DNA of 38,940 bases from a virus: IMG/VR virus record IMGVR_UViG_3300045988_115954; one strand, written 5' to 3'. The notes beneath the pieces were generated by a model. It had not been told where the DNA came from, made no database searches, and saw only the letters and a program-made list of their open reading frames with translations. The position numbers and the translations under genes were made by a program. Below, piece after piece: positions 1 to 8,623 of this stretch (position 1 is the stretch's first letter; the number at the start of each line of letters is the position of its first letter).

Positions 1-99
1 GTTTTTTTTTAGCTTCTGCCAGAGACTCTACATTTCCTTCCCACAAAGAGCGGATCACAGGAAAGATTTGATAAATCGAGAATGTATTAAAGCCATCCA
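1..99. repeat. Terminal direct repeat. Nt 1-99 are identical to nt 38842-38940, which is a circular-assembly overlap. Unique genome length is 38,841 bp.
   Basis: Read directly. Both copies start g + t9 + agcttctgccagagactc and end aaagccatcca. I saw no mismatch. Confidence 0.95.
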
Positions 100-352
100 G
101 CCACTCATCTGGTGACTCCGGGACTTCATCTTTCCCTGCATGTTTTGCCATGATATAGGACATGTCTTCAAACAGTTGCAGAGCCTCCGGGGGAATGTTT
201 TCAGCGTCTCGGTCTTTCCGTTCCAGGGCCTTTTGCACGACCTTCATATCCTGAATGATATCCCGCCTGAATTTGATACGGTACAGCCGGGGGACTGCGG
301 CAGTCGCTCGAAACTTGACCTTTTTCCCGTCAATCAGAATTTCAGTTTCCAT
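1..352 (-). CDS. Tail assembly chaperone (gpG-like), 5' part. The ORF crosses the circular junction and stops at TAG 38831-38833.
   Basis: The ATG at 352 lies just after the major-tail stop codon. The product starts METEILIDGKKVKFRATAAVPRLYRIKFRRDIIQDM and ends LAEAKKKLEQ*. The gene sits between the major tail and tape measure genes. The ORF track misses it because the window edge splits it. Confidence 0.7.
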   Translation of the reverse strand, partial: METEILIDGKKVKFRATAAVPRLYRIKFRRDIIQDMKVVQKALERKDRDAENIPPEALQLFEDMSYIMAKHAGKDEVPESPDEWLDGFNTFSIYQIFPVIRSLWEGNVESLAEAKKK

Positions 353-354
353 CC

Positions 355-921
355 TTACACCCCGACATTAGGCTGCCAGACAGACTTGAACCAATTCTGG
401 ATCACGGTTTCGGTCGTGGTGTCTGTGGTCTTTGCCTTGACCTTTCCATCCGCCAGCGGGGAAGCGGTGATGGAAAGCGTTTCCGTGCTGGGGGTCTTTG
501 TCTCGCTAATAGTAGACCCATCCTCATTGGGGCGGGCGGCAGAGCAGTTGTACAGTACCCGCAGACTGGCTTTCTGGTCCCCTTCAAACTGATAGAGCAG
601 AGCAAAGGGCTTTGCCTCCGCGCTTGCGTTCTCAATCAGGACTTTGGAGGTTTCATCCTCTGTTTCTCCCAACACGTCCTTGCGGAAAGAGTCGGGAATC
701 ACCGCGATCTCCAAGTCCCCCTGATACCCGTTGTTGGCTGTCGATACATAATAGGCGATATTGTCCGCATAGAATGTATTTGTTTCGCCCTGGGGGGCGA
801 GAGACATGCTCACCGCGCCGGGAATGGGGACCGGTGTTTTATATGTGATGGTCCCATCATCGTCAGTCAGGAGCGCATAATGGACATTTTTCAGTCCAAA
901 CTTAACCTTGTTGGATGCCAT
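355..921 (-). CDS. Major tail protein (phi13-type siphovirus family)
   Basis: 188 aa. The sequence MASNKVKFGLKNVHYALLTDDDGTITYKTPVPIPGAVSMSLAPQGE matches the conserved N-terminus of this family as I remember it. The position upstream of the chaperone and tape measure fits. Confidence 0.85.
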   Translation of the reverse strand: MASNKVKFGLKNVHYALLTDDDGTITYKTPVPIPGAVSMSLAPQGETNTFYADNIAYYVSTANNGYQGDLEIAVIPDSFRKDVLGETEDETSKVLIENASAEAKPFALLYQFEGDQKASLRVLYNCSAARPNEDGSTISETKTPSTETLSITASPLADGKVKAKTTDTTTETVIQNWFKSVWQPNVGV

Positions 922-923
922 AA

Positions 924-1235
924 TTACACCTCAATTTCGTATGTTGTCTGATACAGGCTTTCGCTCTCGATATAGGAGCACATTCTGTCCCAGTAGATCT
1001 CATGCTGGTTCAGCACTTTTTCGATTTTCTTCTCAATCTCAGGGTCCCTTTGCCTTGTGTAGATCTCCACATTGCAGTGAGATATCTCAAAATAGGAGAT
1101 GTTATCCGCAGCAAAGTTTTCTGTGTAATCATCAAGATATACCCCGTAGGGCGGTGGACCAGGATTCTCCCAGTGGTGGAATGTAAAAGGGACCCCAGTC
1201 TCTTTCAGAATTTCATCCAGTTCTTGATAATTCAT
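924..1235 (-). CDS. Tail completion or tail-terminator-position protein (function assigned by synteny only)
   Basis: 103 aa. It is tightly packed between the gp10-like gene and the major tail gene. Its stop codon overlaps the ATG of the next gene. Confidence 0.5.
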   Translation of the reverse strand: MNYQELDEILKETGVPFTFHHWENPGPPPYGVYLDDYTENFAADNISYFEISHCNVEIYTRQRDPEIEKKIEKVLNQHEIYWDRMCSYIESESLYQTTYEIEV

Positions 1236-1624
1236 CAGACCGAGGCCCCCCTTATCGTGTTTGTGATATCCCTGACTAACATCTTTTCAGCCGCTTTTTC
1301 GGCTGGCCTGATGTGTGGTTTCCCTTCTACCCTTCCTCCGTTCGCTTTCTGATGGCCGTGCTCAAGGAGATGTGTCAGCTGGTAATCCGTTTTATTGTAA
1401 ATCACGACCCCGCTGCTTTTTGAGGATGTTCCATTTCTTCTCTTCCCCATCCTCCAGCCCTTCTTGTACCGCCCAGTCTTCTGAGGAGACCTTGCTTTTA
1501 CTTCTTTCAGGGCTTCCTTCCCGGCCTTTTCGATGTCCTTTTTGACCCCCTCGGAGATCTCATCCTCATAATCCGAAAGAGTGCCCATCACAGCAGAAAC
1601 GAGTTGATCTGGTTTTATACTCAT
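1235..1624 (-). CDS. HK97 gp10-family neck/tail attachment protein
   Basis: 129 aa. The KARSPQKTGRYKKGW motif (AP..TG.L type) and the gene order fit this family. Confidence 0.7.
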   Translation of the reverse strand: MSIKPDQLVSAVMGTLSDYEDEISEGVKKDIEKAGKEALKEVKARSPQKTGRYKKGWRMGKRRNGTSSKSSGVVIYNKTDYQLTHLLEHGHQKANGGRVEGKPHIRPAEKAAEKMLVRDITNTIRGASV

Positions 1625-1971
1625 AGCTTTTCACTCCAAGTCCCGGAGTCATCCTCCTCCAGCGAGAGCCGCGTGACCAGAATCCCATCTTCATCTTTTG
1701 TAGGGGTGATTTGCCGAATGAAATAAAACCGGTCTTCTATTTGGGCAATATCCCGAGTTTTGATGTTTGGGTCTCTCCATATCTCGATAAGGCGGTCGAT
1801 TTGCTGGCCCACTTTTGCCGCTTCATAATACCTCTGGATTCCGACTGTCATTTCTCCAAAATAATGAGTAGATCTCTTCACGAGCTTTTCCACTTTTGGC
1901 GGCGGGCCATTCTCATCCACAGAGACCTTGTAGATAGTCACGATCCCGGAGTCATGGAGCATTTTCCTCAC
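1621..1971 (-). CDS. Head closure / head-tail adaptor protein
   Basis: 116 aa. A 4-nt overlap couples it to neighbouring genes. It sits between the gp6-like and gp10-like genes. Confidence 0.6.
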   Translation of the reverse strand: MRKMLHDSGIVTIYKVSVDENGPPPKVEKLVKRSTHYFGEMTVGIQRYYEAAKVGQQIDRLIEIWRDPNIKTRDIAQIEDRFYFIRQITPTKDEDGILVTRLSLEEDDSGTWSEKL

Positions 1972-2254
1972 CCCTCATTTTCTGAGATATGAGCAGATCG
2001 TGACGCATCCTTTTCAGGTAAATGGGCTCAGACTCCCCGTTGATCCGCTTCCGGTACATCCAGGCAGCGGTCCCTACCACAAGCTGTAAATAGTCTTCGT
2101 CGCCGCTCTCCTCAACACCCTGCCTATCCAGGTTTGATTTTGCCGCCCTGAGGAGGGATAGGAGATATGTGCTGTCTCCGGGCAGCGGGCCCAGGCGTTG
2201 AAGATCTATTTTCAGGATTTCCAGCGCCTGGGCCTCATAAAATGCGCAGCCCAT
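1952..2254 (-). CDS. Head-tail connector (gp6-like) protein
   Basis: 100 aa. It follows the capsid gene, and the C-terminal AAWMYRKR-type motif is typical of gp6-like connectors. Confidence 0.55.
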   Translation of the reverse strand: MGCAFYEAQALEILKIDLQRLGPLPGDSTYLLSLLRAAKSNLDRQGVEESGDEDYLQLVVGTAAWMYRKRINGESEPIYLKRMRHDLLISQKMRGEENAP

Positions 2255-2255
2255 A

Positions 2256-2543
2256 TCAAGCCCCCGTCTTTGTCACAGTTACAGTGTAGACCTTTTCTCC
2301 GGTGTTGTTTTTCGCTGTCACTTTGACAGTGTTAGGGCCCTCTTCCCAAGTAGCTGATGCCCCATTTTTGTGCGGCGCTCCATTGACAGTAATGGAGACG
2401 GTGGAGCCATTCGCCCCAGTCGCGGTGACCGTATTGCTCTGATTTGTGGTGCTGGTGCTATACTCTGTCACGCCGGGATCAAAGGTCGGCGTCAGAGTCA
2501 GCGTCCCAAGCCCCAGCGTAGCCAGGGACGCCGTTAAGGGTTT
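2256..2543 (-). CDS. Cadherin-like/Ig-like beta-sandwich domain ORF in the -1 frame of the capsid gene. It is either a frameshift extension of the capsid protein or a GTG-started 71-aa decoration protein (2256-2471).
   Basis: Translation LGTLTLTPTFDPGVTEYSTSTTNQSNTVTATGANGSTVSITVNG...YTVTVTKTGA fits the L..L.P.FdP....Y pattern of cadherin-like/Big domains. The frame opens only 2 codons before the slippery heptamer. There is no SD or ATG. Confidence 0.6.
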   Translation of the reverse strand, partial: KPLTASLATLGLGTLTLTPTFDPGVTEYSTSTTNQSNTVTATGANGSTVSITVNGAPHKNGASATWEEGPNTVKVTAKNNTGEKVYTVTVTKTGA

Positions 2544-3892
2544 GCGCTGTCAGGCGGGAATGTCACGGTCGTGGTGGGGGCAGTGTTATTGATATTCAGG
2601 ACACCAAAAGCCTCGCCAAACACGGGCATACCATCATAGCGGGCCGTACCCTTAAACACAGTCTGGTCCTCGATGAACCGAACATGCTCGCTCTGAGCCA
2701 GGGTGGTTCCAGCGCGCTGGGCCAGAAGATACAGGTCAAAATAGCCGAAGATCACATCGTTATCAGGGATGAAGTCCAGGGTGACAATGTCACCGCCCAG
2801 GACCGGCATGGTATTCCCCTGACCGGATACGATAGCCCCCGCCGCATTGATGACCAGAGCCTCCGCAGTCAGCTTTGCCTTTGTGGTCTCGTTCATGACC
2901 CAGGTCAGGCTGCCTCTGGCATAAGTAGACCGGGCGACACCCGCGGTCAAGATGATGGACTTATAAAGATCCGCGCCAGTGGCCGCAGTCAGCTTGACGA
3001 TATTGCTGGTGTGGACATCTTTCCATGTCGGCGCATTTGCACCCCAGTCATCGGGCTCTGTGGCCTGAGCCAGCCGGGTCACTACGCCGATCGGCATCTT
3101 CTTTCCGGTCCCGTAGAGGATAGCTTTGTCCAGCGCATAGCCGATTGCCTGACCAAGCGCCTCCATGATCTCACTGGCCAGAGAGAGGTCGGAGTCCTCC
3201 AGGGTTGCGTTGCAGATGGCAATAAATCCGCCGACCTTGTAGCCGTCCACTTCAATCTGGTTGAAGGAAAGCTCCAGCTCGTTCAGCTTGGCACACATCT
3301 CGGTCCAGACGGCCTCAGGGACCGTTCCCATGATGTTCTGCCGAGCCGTTCCGGGCACGCTCCGCAGATTAACGCGAGAGATCATCTTGGAGTATTTGCT
3401 GATATTCTCGCGGATCAGGCCAAGCATAACGTCCGGGATAGTCAGTTCCGCGCCGGTGATAGAGCGGTTCTGCTTCCCAAGCTCACGCACTCTCGTCAGA
3501 AATTCCTTTACATCCTGCCGGGCCAGGAAGGCATCGCGCCGCTGTGCATCCAGGCCAAAAAAGGTTCTGGTTTCCATATCAAAATTCTCCTCTCGTTTTT
3601 CAGGATTTTGGGGCTTAGGCGCGTTTCTGGCCAATTCCTCGATCTCGGTTTCAATTCCTTTGATCTCGCCCTCCAGCTTTCCAGCAGCCGCTTCATTTTC
3701 GGCCTTTTCCTGCTCGAACTGTTCCACCGCTTCCTCGACCGCGGCCTTTTCCTCATCCGTTTCGGCCTCGTTGATAGACTGTTCCAGTTCGGCTTCCCTG
3801 GTTTGGAGCTGTTCAGCCGCCCTTCTAAGCTCCTCCAGTTGTTCTTTCTTTTCGTTGAGTCTTTTCTTCAGGACCAATGCTTTTAATGCCAT
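2534..3892 (-). CDS. Major capsid protein, HK97 fold, with an N-terminal coiled-coil (delta/scaffold-like) domain
   Basis: 452 aa from the ATG at 3892 (SD GGGAGGG). The E/K-rich coiled coil is followed by a typical HK97-family core. It lies downstream of the prohead protease. Confidence 0.9.
   Translation of the reverse strand: MALKALVLKKRLNEKKEQLEELRRAAEQLQTREAELEQSINEAETDEEKAAVEEAVEQFEQEKAENEAAAGKLEGEIKGIETEIEELARNAPKPQNPEKREENFDMETRTFFGLDAQRRDAFLARQDVKEFLTRVRELGKQNRSITGAELTIPDVMLGLIRENISKYSKMISRVNLRSVPGTARQNIMGTVPEAVWTEMCAKLNELELSFNQIEVDGYKVGGFIAICNATLEDSDLSLASEIMEALGQAIGYALDKAILYGTGKKMPIGVVTRLAQATEPDDWGANAPTWKDVHTSNIVKLTAATGADLYKSIILTAGVARSTYARGSLTWVMNETTKAKLTAEALVINAAGAIVSGQGNTMPVLGGDIVTLDFIPDNDVIFGYFDLYLLAQRAGTTLAQSEHVRFIEDQTVFKGTARYDGMPVFGEAFGVLNINNTAPTTTVTFPPDSANP
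2537..2543 (-). promoter_or_regulatory. Candidate -1 programmed ribosomal frameshift site A_AAC_CCT, followed by a GC-rich hairpin
   Basis: The minus strand reads gca aac cct taa. The heptamer AAACCCT fits the X_XXY_YYZ pattern. Five nt downstream is a 7-bp stem gcgtccc...gggacgc, and an alternative outer stem is cggcgtc...gacgccg. Confidence 0.55.
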
Positions 3893-3893
3893 G

Positions 3894-4499
3894 TTATTTC
3901 CCTCCCGTTTCATTCGGTTGACCTTGGCCTGGGTTCAATCTTTTGAGCAATGCGTTTCTCCATGCCTCAGTCTTTCTCTTCTGGATGTCCTCATAGTCTC
4001 GCTTTCTCGCCACCACTCCGGTATCTTCATAGGCCGGGAAAGTGCAGACGCTCACTTCATACAGCTTTACTTTTCGGATAGTCCAGTGGACGCTTCCATC
4101 TTCTCGATTCTCTGTTTCCTCATCAAGGATGGAAAATCCAAAGGAACACTGAGTAATATCGCCTCTTTGCACACGAGCGTATAGGTTCATTGCATCGCTG
4201 TCATCTCTGTTGATTTTAATGCGGCCCCATAGTCCATGGTTGTCCTCGCGTAGCTCCAGCGTGTTAGCCGTAGTCCTGCCTAGCACAAGCCGCGTCTCGT
4301 GGTCTACAAGGGCCCTGACATCCCCATCTAGAGTCTCAGAAAACGCCCCGCGCGCCACACTCTCAGATGCCCCAGGCCACAAATCATAATTGCTGTCAAA
4401 AACGGAGAAATATCCTTCAATATAAAGATCTCCCCCCTCTTCCGTCCGAGTTTTAAACGCGCCCGACGTGCTTCTCGTCTGCATGTCCTCTCTATTCAC
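3894..4499 (-). CDS. HK97-family prohead serine protease
   Basis: The motifs DLYIEGYFSVFD, VRALVDHE and CSFGF match the family pattern. The start is uncertain: GTG 4499 has the best SD spacing, and GTG 4508 is also possible. Confidence 0.85.
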   Translation of the reverse strand: MNREDMQTRSTSGAFKTRTEEGGDLYIEGYFSVFDSNYDLWPGASESVARGAFSETLDGDVRALVDHETRLVLGRTTANTLELREDNHGLWGRIKINRDDSDAMNLYARVQRGDITQCSFGFSILDEETENREDGSVHWTIRKVKLYEVSVCTFPAYEDTGVVARKRDYEDIQKRKTEAWRNALLKRLNPGQGQPNETGGK

Positions 4500-5691
4500 T
4501 GTTTTCACCTCCGTTCAGCTTAGCTTGATCTGCAATCATCCCTCGGGGGATATAGTTTTCCAAGATAACCAGCTCGTCCAGCCCGGGCAGCGGAGTCATA
4601 CCAATCCAATCTCTGACCTCATTCCCCGTCATGATTCCCCTCACATACAGTTCTTGCCCGATACTCGCCATGTCTTTCATGTCGTAGGCATGGAGCGCCC
4701 GAGAATTGAATCGAAAATAAAGATCAGGGGAATACAAGAGCTTAAGTGTCAGTTCTTGCTCTATCCTTTTTGATAGAGGCATGAGCTTACTGTCAACAAA
4801 GTTATTCCATTCGTCCCTGTTGTAGCTTCCGACTCCAACCACAAATGGCGGGACCCCAATAATCCCAGCGACAGTCCTCTTGTCTATTGTGACTGAGTCG
4901 TTGATCGCTAGGTCATTCAGTGTGAGTGGCTTGATCTCCTTTACGTCAAACATTTCCGCCGGGATCATCCAGGGCTCTCCGGCTTCAGAGGTCTCCAGGT
5001 AACTGTTGAGCAGCTTTTTTCGTCCTTCTTTGCTCGAGAACTCATCCGTCAGACCATCGACCTTTACAACGATAGACGGTTTCCATTTGGACTCCATGAA
5101 CCCTCTTTTGGTTGCCGCCGCTTGCTTTAGGTTGTGGGCAACGTCTTTGAGCGTCACGCGGTATCCATGGCCTAGCCACGGAGTCTCCGGGTCTTGATTG
5201 ATTGCAAAATGCAATACTTCGTCGGGCCTAAAAGTTTGATCTCCGTATCGTATGTAGTAACTTCTACCGTCCGGGACAAAGGAGATCATGGAGGGAGGCA
5301 GGATCTCCAAATCCTCGATCAAATCCCCACTCCTTGAAAATCTGGGATAAACCACACAGTTCCCATCTCCGTCTATAAGGAGTGTCCGGACTATTGTCGA
5401 GATAAAGGCGGATCTGGTAAGGTTCCCACTTGGGTTGATATCCAGCTTACGGGACAGGCCATTCCTTATCCGCACATCCCCGTCTTCCGTGTTCTGCATG
5501 AGGTGGATGGTCATAGAGCCCATCAAGTCAGCAATGCGCCCAGCTGCCATCTGTATTTCTGGATTGTCGGCCAGTCTGGTATATCCCGAAACGCAAAGAA
5601 TATCGTAGGCATCAGTCGACAGCAGGAAACTAACAGCTGAATTGGGGTGCCCGCGTGCCGTTGTGTGGCTGCTTCGTTTTTTTCTACTCAA
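4492..5691 (-). CDS. Portal protein (HK97 family)
   Basis: 399 aa. The TTG start lies 7 nt after GAGGAGGA. The gene sits between the large terminase and the protease. Confidence 0.9.
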   Translation of the reverse strand: MSRKKRSSHTTARGHPNSAVSFLLSTDAYDILCVSGYTRLADNPEIQMAAGRIADLMGSMTIHLMQNTEDGDVRIRNGLSRKLDINPSGNLTRSAFISTIVRTLLIDGDGNCVVYPRFSRSGDLIEDLEILPPSMISFVPDGRSYYIRYGDQTFRPDEVLHFAINQDPETPWLGHGYRVTLKDVAHNLKQAAATKRGFMESKWKPSIVVKVDGLTDEFSSKEGRKKLLNSYLETSEAGEPWMIPAEMFDVKEIKPLTLNDLAINDSVTIDKRTVAGIIGVPPFVVGVGSYNRDEWNNFVDSKLMPLSKRIEQELTLKLLYSPDLYFRFNSRALHAYDMKDMASIGQELYVRGIMTGNEVRDWIGMTPLPGLDELVILENYIPRGMIADQAKLNGGENSE

Positions 5692-5694
5692 CAG

Positions 5695-7467
5695 TTATTC
5701 CTCCTCGAACCAGCGTTTCGCTCTGTCTCTGCGCTCCATGTCTTCCAACTTCCGAATACAGGCAAACACGGAGGCATCAAATATATCGATTCTTTGCTCT
5801 GGTTGTACCTTATCGTACTGGATCATATCATCTGTCTTTTCAACCGCCCTAACGTTCTGTACGCAGTATTCGTATGCTTCCGAATGGAGATAATAAAGTT
5901 CTCCATTTTTTGCCCGATCTTCAATGTACCGGAAGCCCTCGGATTTTTTGTAGAAGTATTGGGGCTGATCCAAAATTTTAAATCCTGCCTGCTTCATCCC
6001 CAGGAAATACTCACGGCAGAATTTTCGGTCGTGTCCGACCTGCTTGATTTTGAACCCCTTTTTTCGCATGGCGATAAACCAATTGATCACATCGGCATGA
6101 TTGACTGTTGGGCTGTTGCACAGATCCAGCCAGCCATCATCTTTCCATCCGAAAAGTGGTATCCCATCCTCGTCCGCTTTTTTGTGAGCTGCAACCACCG
6201 GGAACCACGCATGAGGGATGATAATATCTACGTCAACTGTCTTGTTATCTTTTCTCCGGTATCCTTTCAGCGTCCCATAGAGTGCTGCCGCGGTCAGATC
6301 GTAAAGCTTTGACAGGTCGGCTCCCCCATACCATGTGATAGGTAGTTTCGCCAAGTCTTCCATCGTCCAACTGTACTGCCGGTCACTCTTGCGAAATTCA
6401 TCGATATCAAAATAGGCGGCCAATGCATTTGTGTAGACGTTCAGCGACTTTGCGAAAAAGTCTTTTCTCTGTTGTGGGTCATTCTGGGCCTGTAACGAAT
6501 CATTCAAAATCTCATCAGGCCGGATACTCACCCCATAAGCCGGATTTGCCATCTCGTGGATCTTAGGGTCTGTATAATCTACGCTCCCGTCCTTTACCCC
6601 CTCCGGGGCGCAGCACATGAAAATGAAATACTGTTCGTCCTTTACTGTTCCGTTCAGGATTTTCCTGCAATATTTCAATCGTTGCCCAAGAAACGCCTGT
6701 TCGTTATCTCCGGCAGTTGAAATTCCAATCAGGAGCTTGTTGGTATATGCCCTCATGGCCTCCTTGAAGAGGTTGTACTGCTTCGGCTGCTTAAACGCAT
6801 GGATCTCATCGCAGATAGCAATGTTGCAGTTTAGGGAGTCCTGGCTGTCTGGGTTAGCGGCCAGCGCCCGAATATAGAATGAACCGTCTCCCAATGTAGC
6901 GGACAGGCTGTGCTCGTTATTGTTGTCTATGACCCGTACAGACCCTCCATCCCGGGAATCTTCTCCCGTCCGCTTCACGTTATAATTCAAAAAATTGAAT
7001 GATTCTAACGACTGCATCAGGGCTGCGGATGCGATATACATCTTAGACCCAGACCTTCGGAACAGAAGGGATAAGGCCCAGGACAGTGCGGCGGCAAACG
7101 ATGTCTTTATGTTTTTTCTGGGAATGTAAATGAGTGCTTCGTGGAATCGTAAAATATTGGTGCCTTTAAGCCTGAAGCCAACCAGGTTATAAATAATAAA
7201 CTTGTGAAACGGCTCCAAGAAGAATGGAGTTCCCCGCAACGGCGTTCCATCCAGCTTTTCTCCCTGTTGGTGACAGATAGTCCTTTCAATGACCTGGATG
7301 CAAAACTCTGGGTCTTTGTGATTTAGCTCATAGTCTGGGTTATCCAGATCCCGAAAGAATCTGTCAACCGCCTGCTTCAGCTCTTCACAGGCGATTTTCC
7401 TCCCGTCCCGTATCGATGTGGCGTACTCCAGGACAGCGTCCCAGTTCTTAGGCTTCGATTTTGGCAA
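5695..7467 (-). CDS. terL: Terminase large subunit
   Basis: 590 aa. It has a Terminase_1-type layout with an ATPase N-terminal half and a nuclease C-terminal half, and it overlaps the end of the small subunit gene. Confidence 0.95.
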   Translation of the reverse strand: MPKSKPKNWDAVLEYATSIRDGRKIACEELKQAVDRFFRDLDNPDYELNHKDPEFCIQVIERTICHQQGEKLDGTPLRGTPFFLEPFHKFIIYNLVGFRLKGTNILRFHEALIYIPRKNIKTSFAAALSWALSLLFRRSGSKMYIASAALMQSLESFNFLNYNVKRTGEDSRDGGSVRVIDNNNEHSLSATLGDGSFYIRALAANPDSQDSLNCNIAICDEIHAFKQPKQYNLFKEAMRAYTNKLLIGISTAGDNEQAFLGQRLKYCRKILNGTVKDEQYFIFMCCAPEGVKDGSVDYTDPKIHEMANPAYGVSIRPDEILNDSLQAQNDPQQRKDFFAKSLNVYTNALAAYFDIDEFRKSDRQYSWTMEDLAKLPITWYGGADLSKLYDLTAAALYGTLKGYRRKDNKTVDVDIIIPHAWFPVVAAHKKADEDGIPLFGWKDDGWLDLCNSPTVNHADVINWFIAMRKKGFKIKQVGHDRKFCREYFLGMKQAGFKILDQPQYFYKKSEGFRYIEDRAKNGELYYLHSEAYEYCVQNVRAVEKTDDMIQYDKVQPEQRIDIFDASVFACIRKLEDMERRDRAKRWFEEE

Positions 7468-7810
7468 GAGCTTGCTCCAGCCCTCTGGGCCTTTCCTTCT
7501 TCGGCCCGTCTCCTGTCATTTTCTTGTAGCTGCTGGGTGTCATACCAAGCTCCCGCCAGTACGCCAAAGCGGATTTATTCAGATCGTCCCAGAGCACTAA
7601 AAGAGGGTTTTTGGTGATGTTGGTCGCGCCACCCTTGTTGGTGTATTCCCGGACAGGTTGACAACCCTCGTCCCTGTACTGTTTATATACAGCGTCCCGT
7701 TGTTCAAGGATGTCCGCCAGGGTGGAGATGACAGAGTCATATGCTTTTTCTTCGTTTCCAAGTGCGGTCAGCTGCTTTTTTACAAGACGTTTCCATTGGA
7801 CTGCTGTCAT
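7448..7810 (-). CDS. terS: Terminase small subunit (P27-like)
   Basis: 120 aa. It lies directly upstream of terL. The motif WRELGMTPSSYKKM resembles the LGLTP motif of P27-family small terminases. Confidence 0.7.
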   Translation of the reverse strand: MTAVQWKRLVKKQLTALGNEEKAYDSVISTLADILEQRDAVYKQYRDEGCQPVREYTNKGGATNITKNPLLVLWDDLNKSALAYWRELGMTPSSYKKMTGDGPKKERPRGLEQALAKIEA

Positions 7811-7883
7811 TCTTACACCCCTTTCTCAAAAAATGGTCTCAGAGTTGGAAAGAGTTCCCCCTCACCGGTCCCTTGGGGGGCAT

Positions 7884-8171
7884 TTACCCCGGGGGAGGGG
7901 GTGGGGGGGTAATCTTCCGCCTCCAATATTCCCCTTTCTCTGTCAGTTCTCCCGTGTCTCTGTCGTGCATTGCGTTGTGCTCTTCGCTTGATAGGGCAAT
8001 CAGATTCCATTCACACCATTGGTATTCCGGGTACTGCTCCACCGGCCAAACATGGTGTGCTGTTGTTGCCTCTACCATCCGACCATATCTTCTACTCTCT
8101 CTACATAGATATTGGTCTCTTCGCAACATCTTCTCTCTTAGGCGCTTCCATCTTCTTGATTTGTAATCCAT
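7884..8171 (-). CDS. HNH endonuclease (terminase-associated), ending in a hexaproline tail
   Basis: The H-N-H signature HHVWPVEQYPEYQWCEWNLIALSSEEHNAMH is present. It sits just upstream of terS, as in cos-type HNH phages. The C-terminus is KITPPPPPPG*. Confidence 0.85.
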   Translation of the reverse strand: MDYKSRRWKRLREKMLRRDQYLCRESRRYGRMVEATTAHHVWPVEQYPEYQWCEWNLIALSSEEHNAMHDRDTGELTEKGEYWRRKITPPPPPPG

Positions 8172-8362
8172 GTCCTAGATCTCCTATCCCGCCCCCGTCT
8201 CATGCAACAGGGCACGGCATATATACCCCTTTCGGGGTATGCTGCGGGTTTGGTCAGGCTTTCCGCGGGCCTGGCAGCATTATTATTTTAGTTCGGCCTC
8301 TTCCAATGGCTGGCCCTTGTTGTCCAGCAACCGCTGCCCCACCGAACTGCCCGGTGTTATGT

Positions 8363-8623
8363 TCACAAATGAATTCCATTTCTTTTGAGCCGTTTCATTG
8401 AAAGCTCATGGAACACGTCCCATTCTGTTGTCCCTCTGTGAATTACCCCTATGTCTTTTGGCTTTGGCCTTACGATGTCTTTCTCTTCTTCTTTTCTCCA
8501 GTGCTCTGAGTAATCGCAAAACTTTTTCAGTTTATCCCAATATTCTTTGGGCTGTTCCCAGGGGCGTAAATCGTTATTGTATGCCTCTGATGCCTCTCTG
8601 AGCAATTCAAACGGGTCTTTCAT
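8363..8623 (-). CDS. Hypothetical protein, first gene of the late operon
   Basis: 86 aa from the ATG at 8623 (MKDPFELLREASEAYNN...). The longer track ORF begins upstream, where there is no SD. Confidence 0.5.
   Translation of the reverse strand: MKDPFELLREASEAYNNDLRPWEQPKEYWDKLKKFCDYSEHWRKEEEKDIVRPKPKDIGVIHRGTTEWDVFHELSMKRLKRNGIHL

Noticed and set aside
2684-4184. Long plus-strand ORFs (400 aa and 307 aa in the track) opposite the capsid and protease genes
   Set aside because: They are antisense shadows of strongly supported minus-strand genes. Their translations are low-complexity Ser/Leu/Arg-rich, with no SD and no recognisable domains.
5647-6312. 221-aa plus-strand ORF opposite the large terminase
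   Set aside because: It lies entirely inside terL on the other strand, has no SD, and its sequence looks nonsensical.
8172-8362. GC-rich 190-nt non-coding stretch with hairpins (atacccc-tttc-ggggtat, caggc...gcctg) as the cos site
   Set aside because: The location next to the HNH and terminase genes is plausible. Nothing in the sequence alone defines cohesive ends, so terminus mapping is needed.
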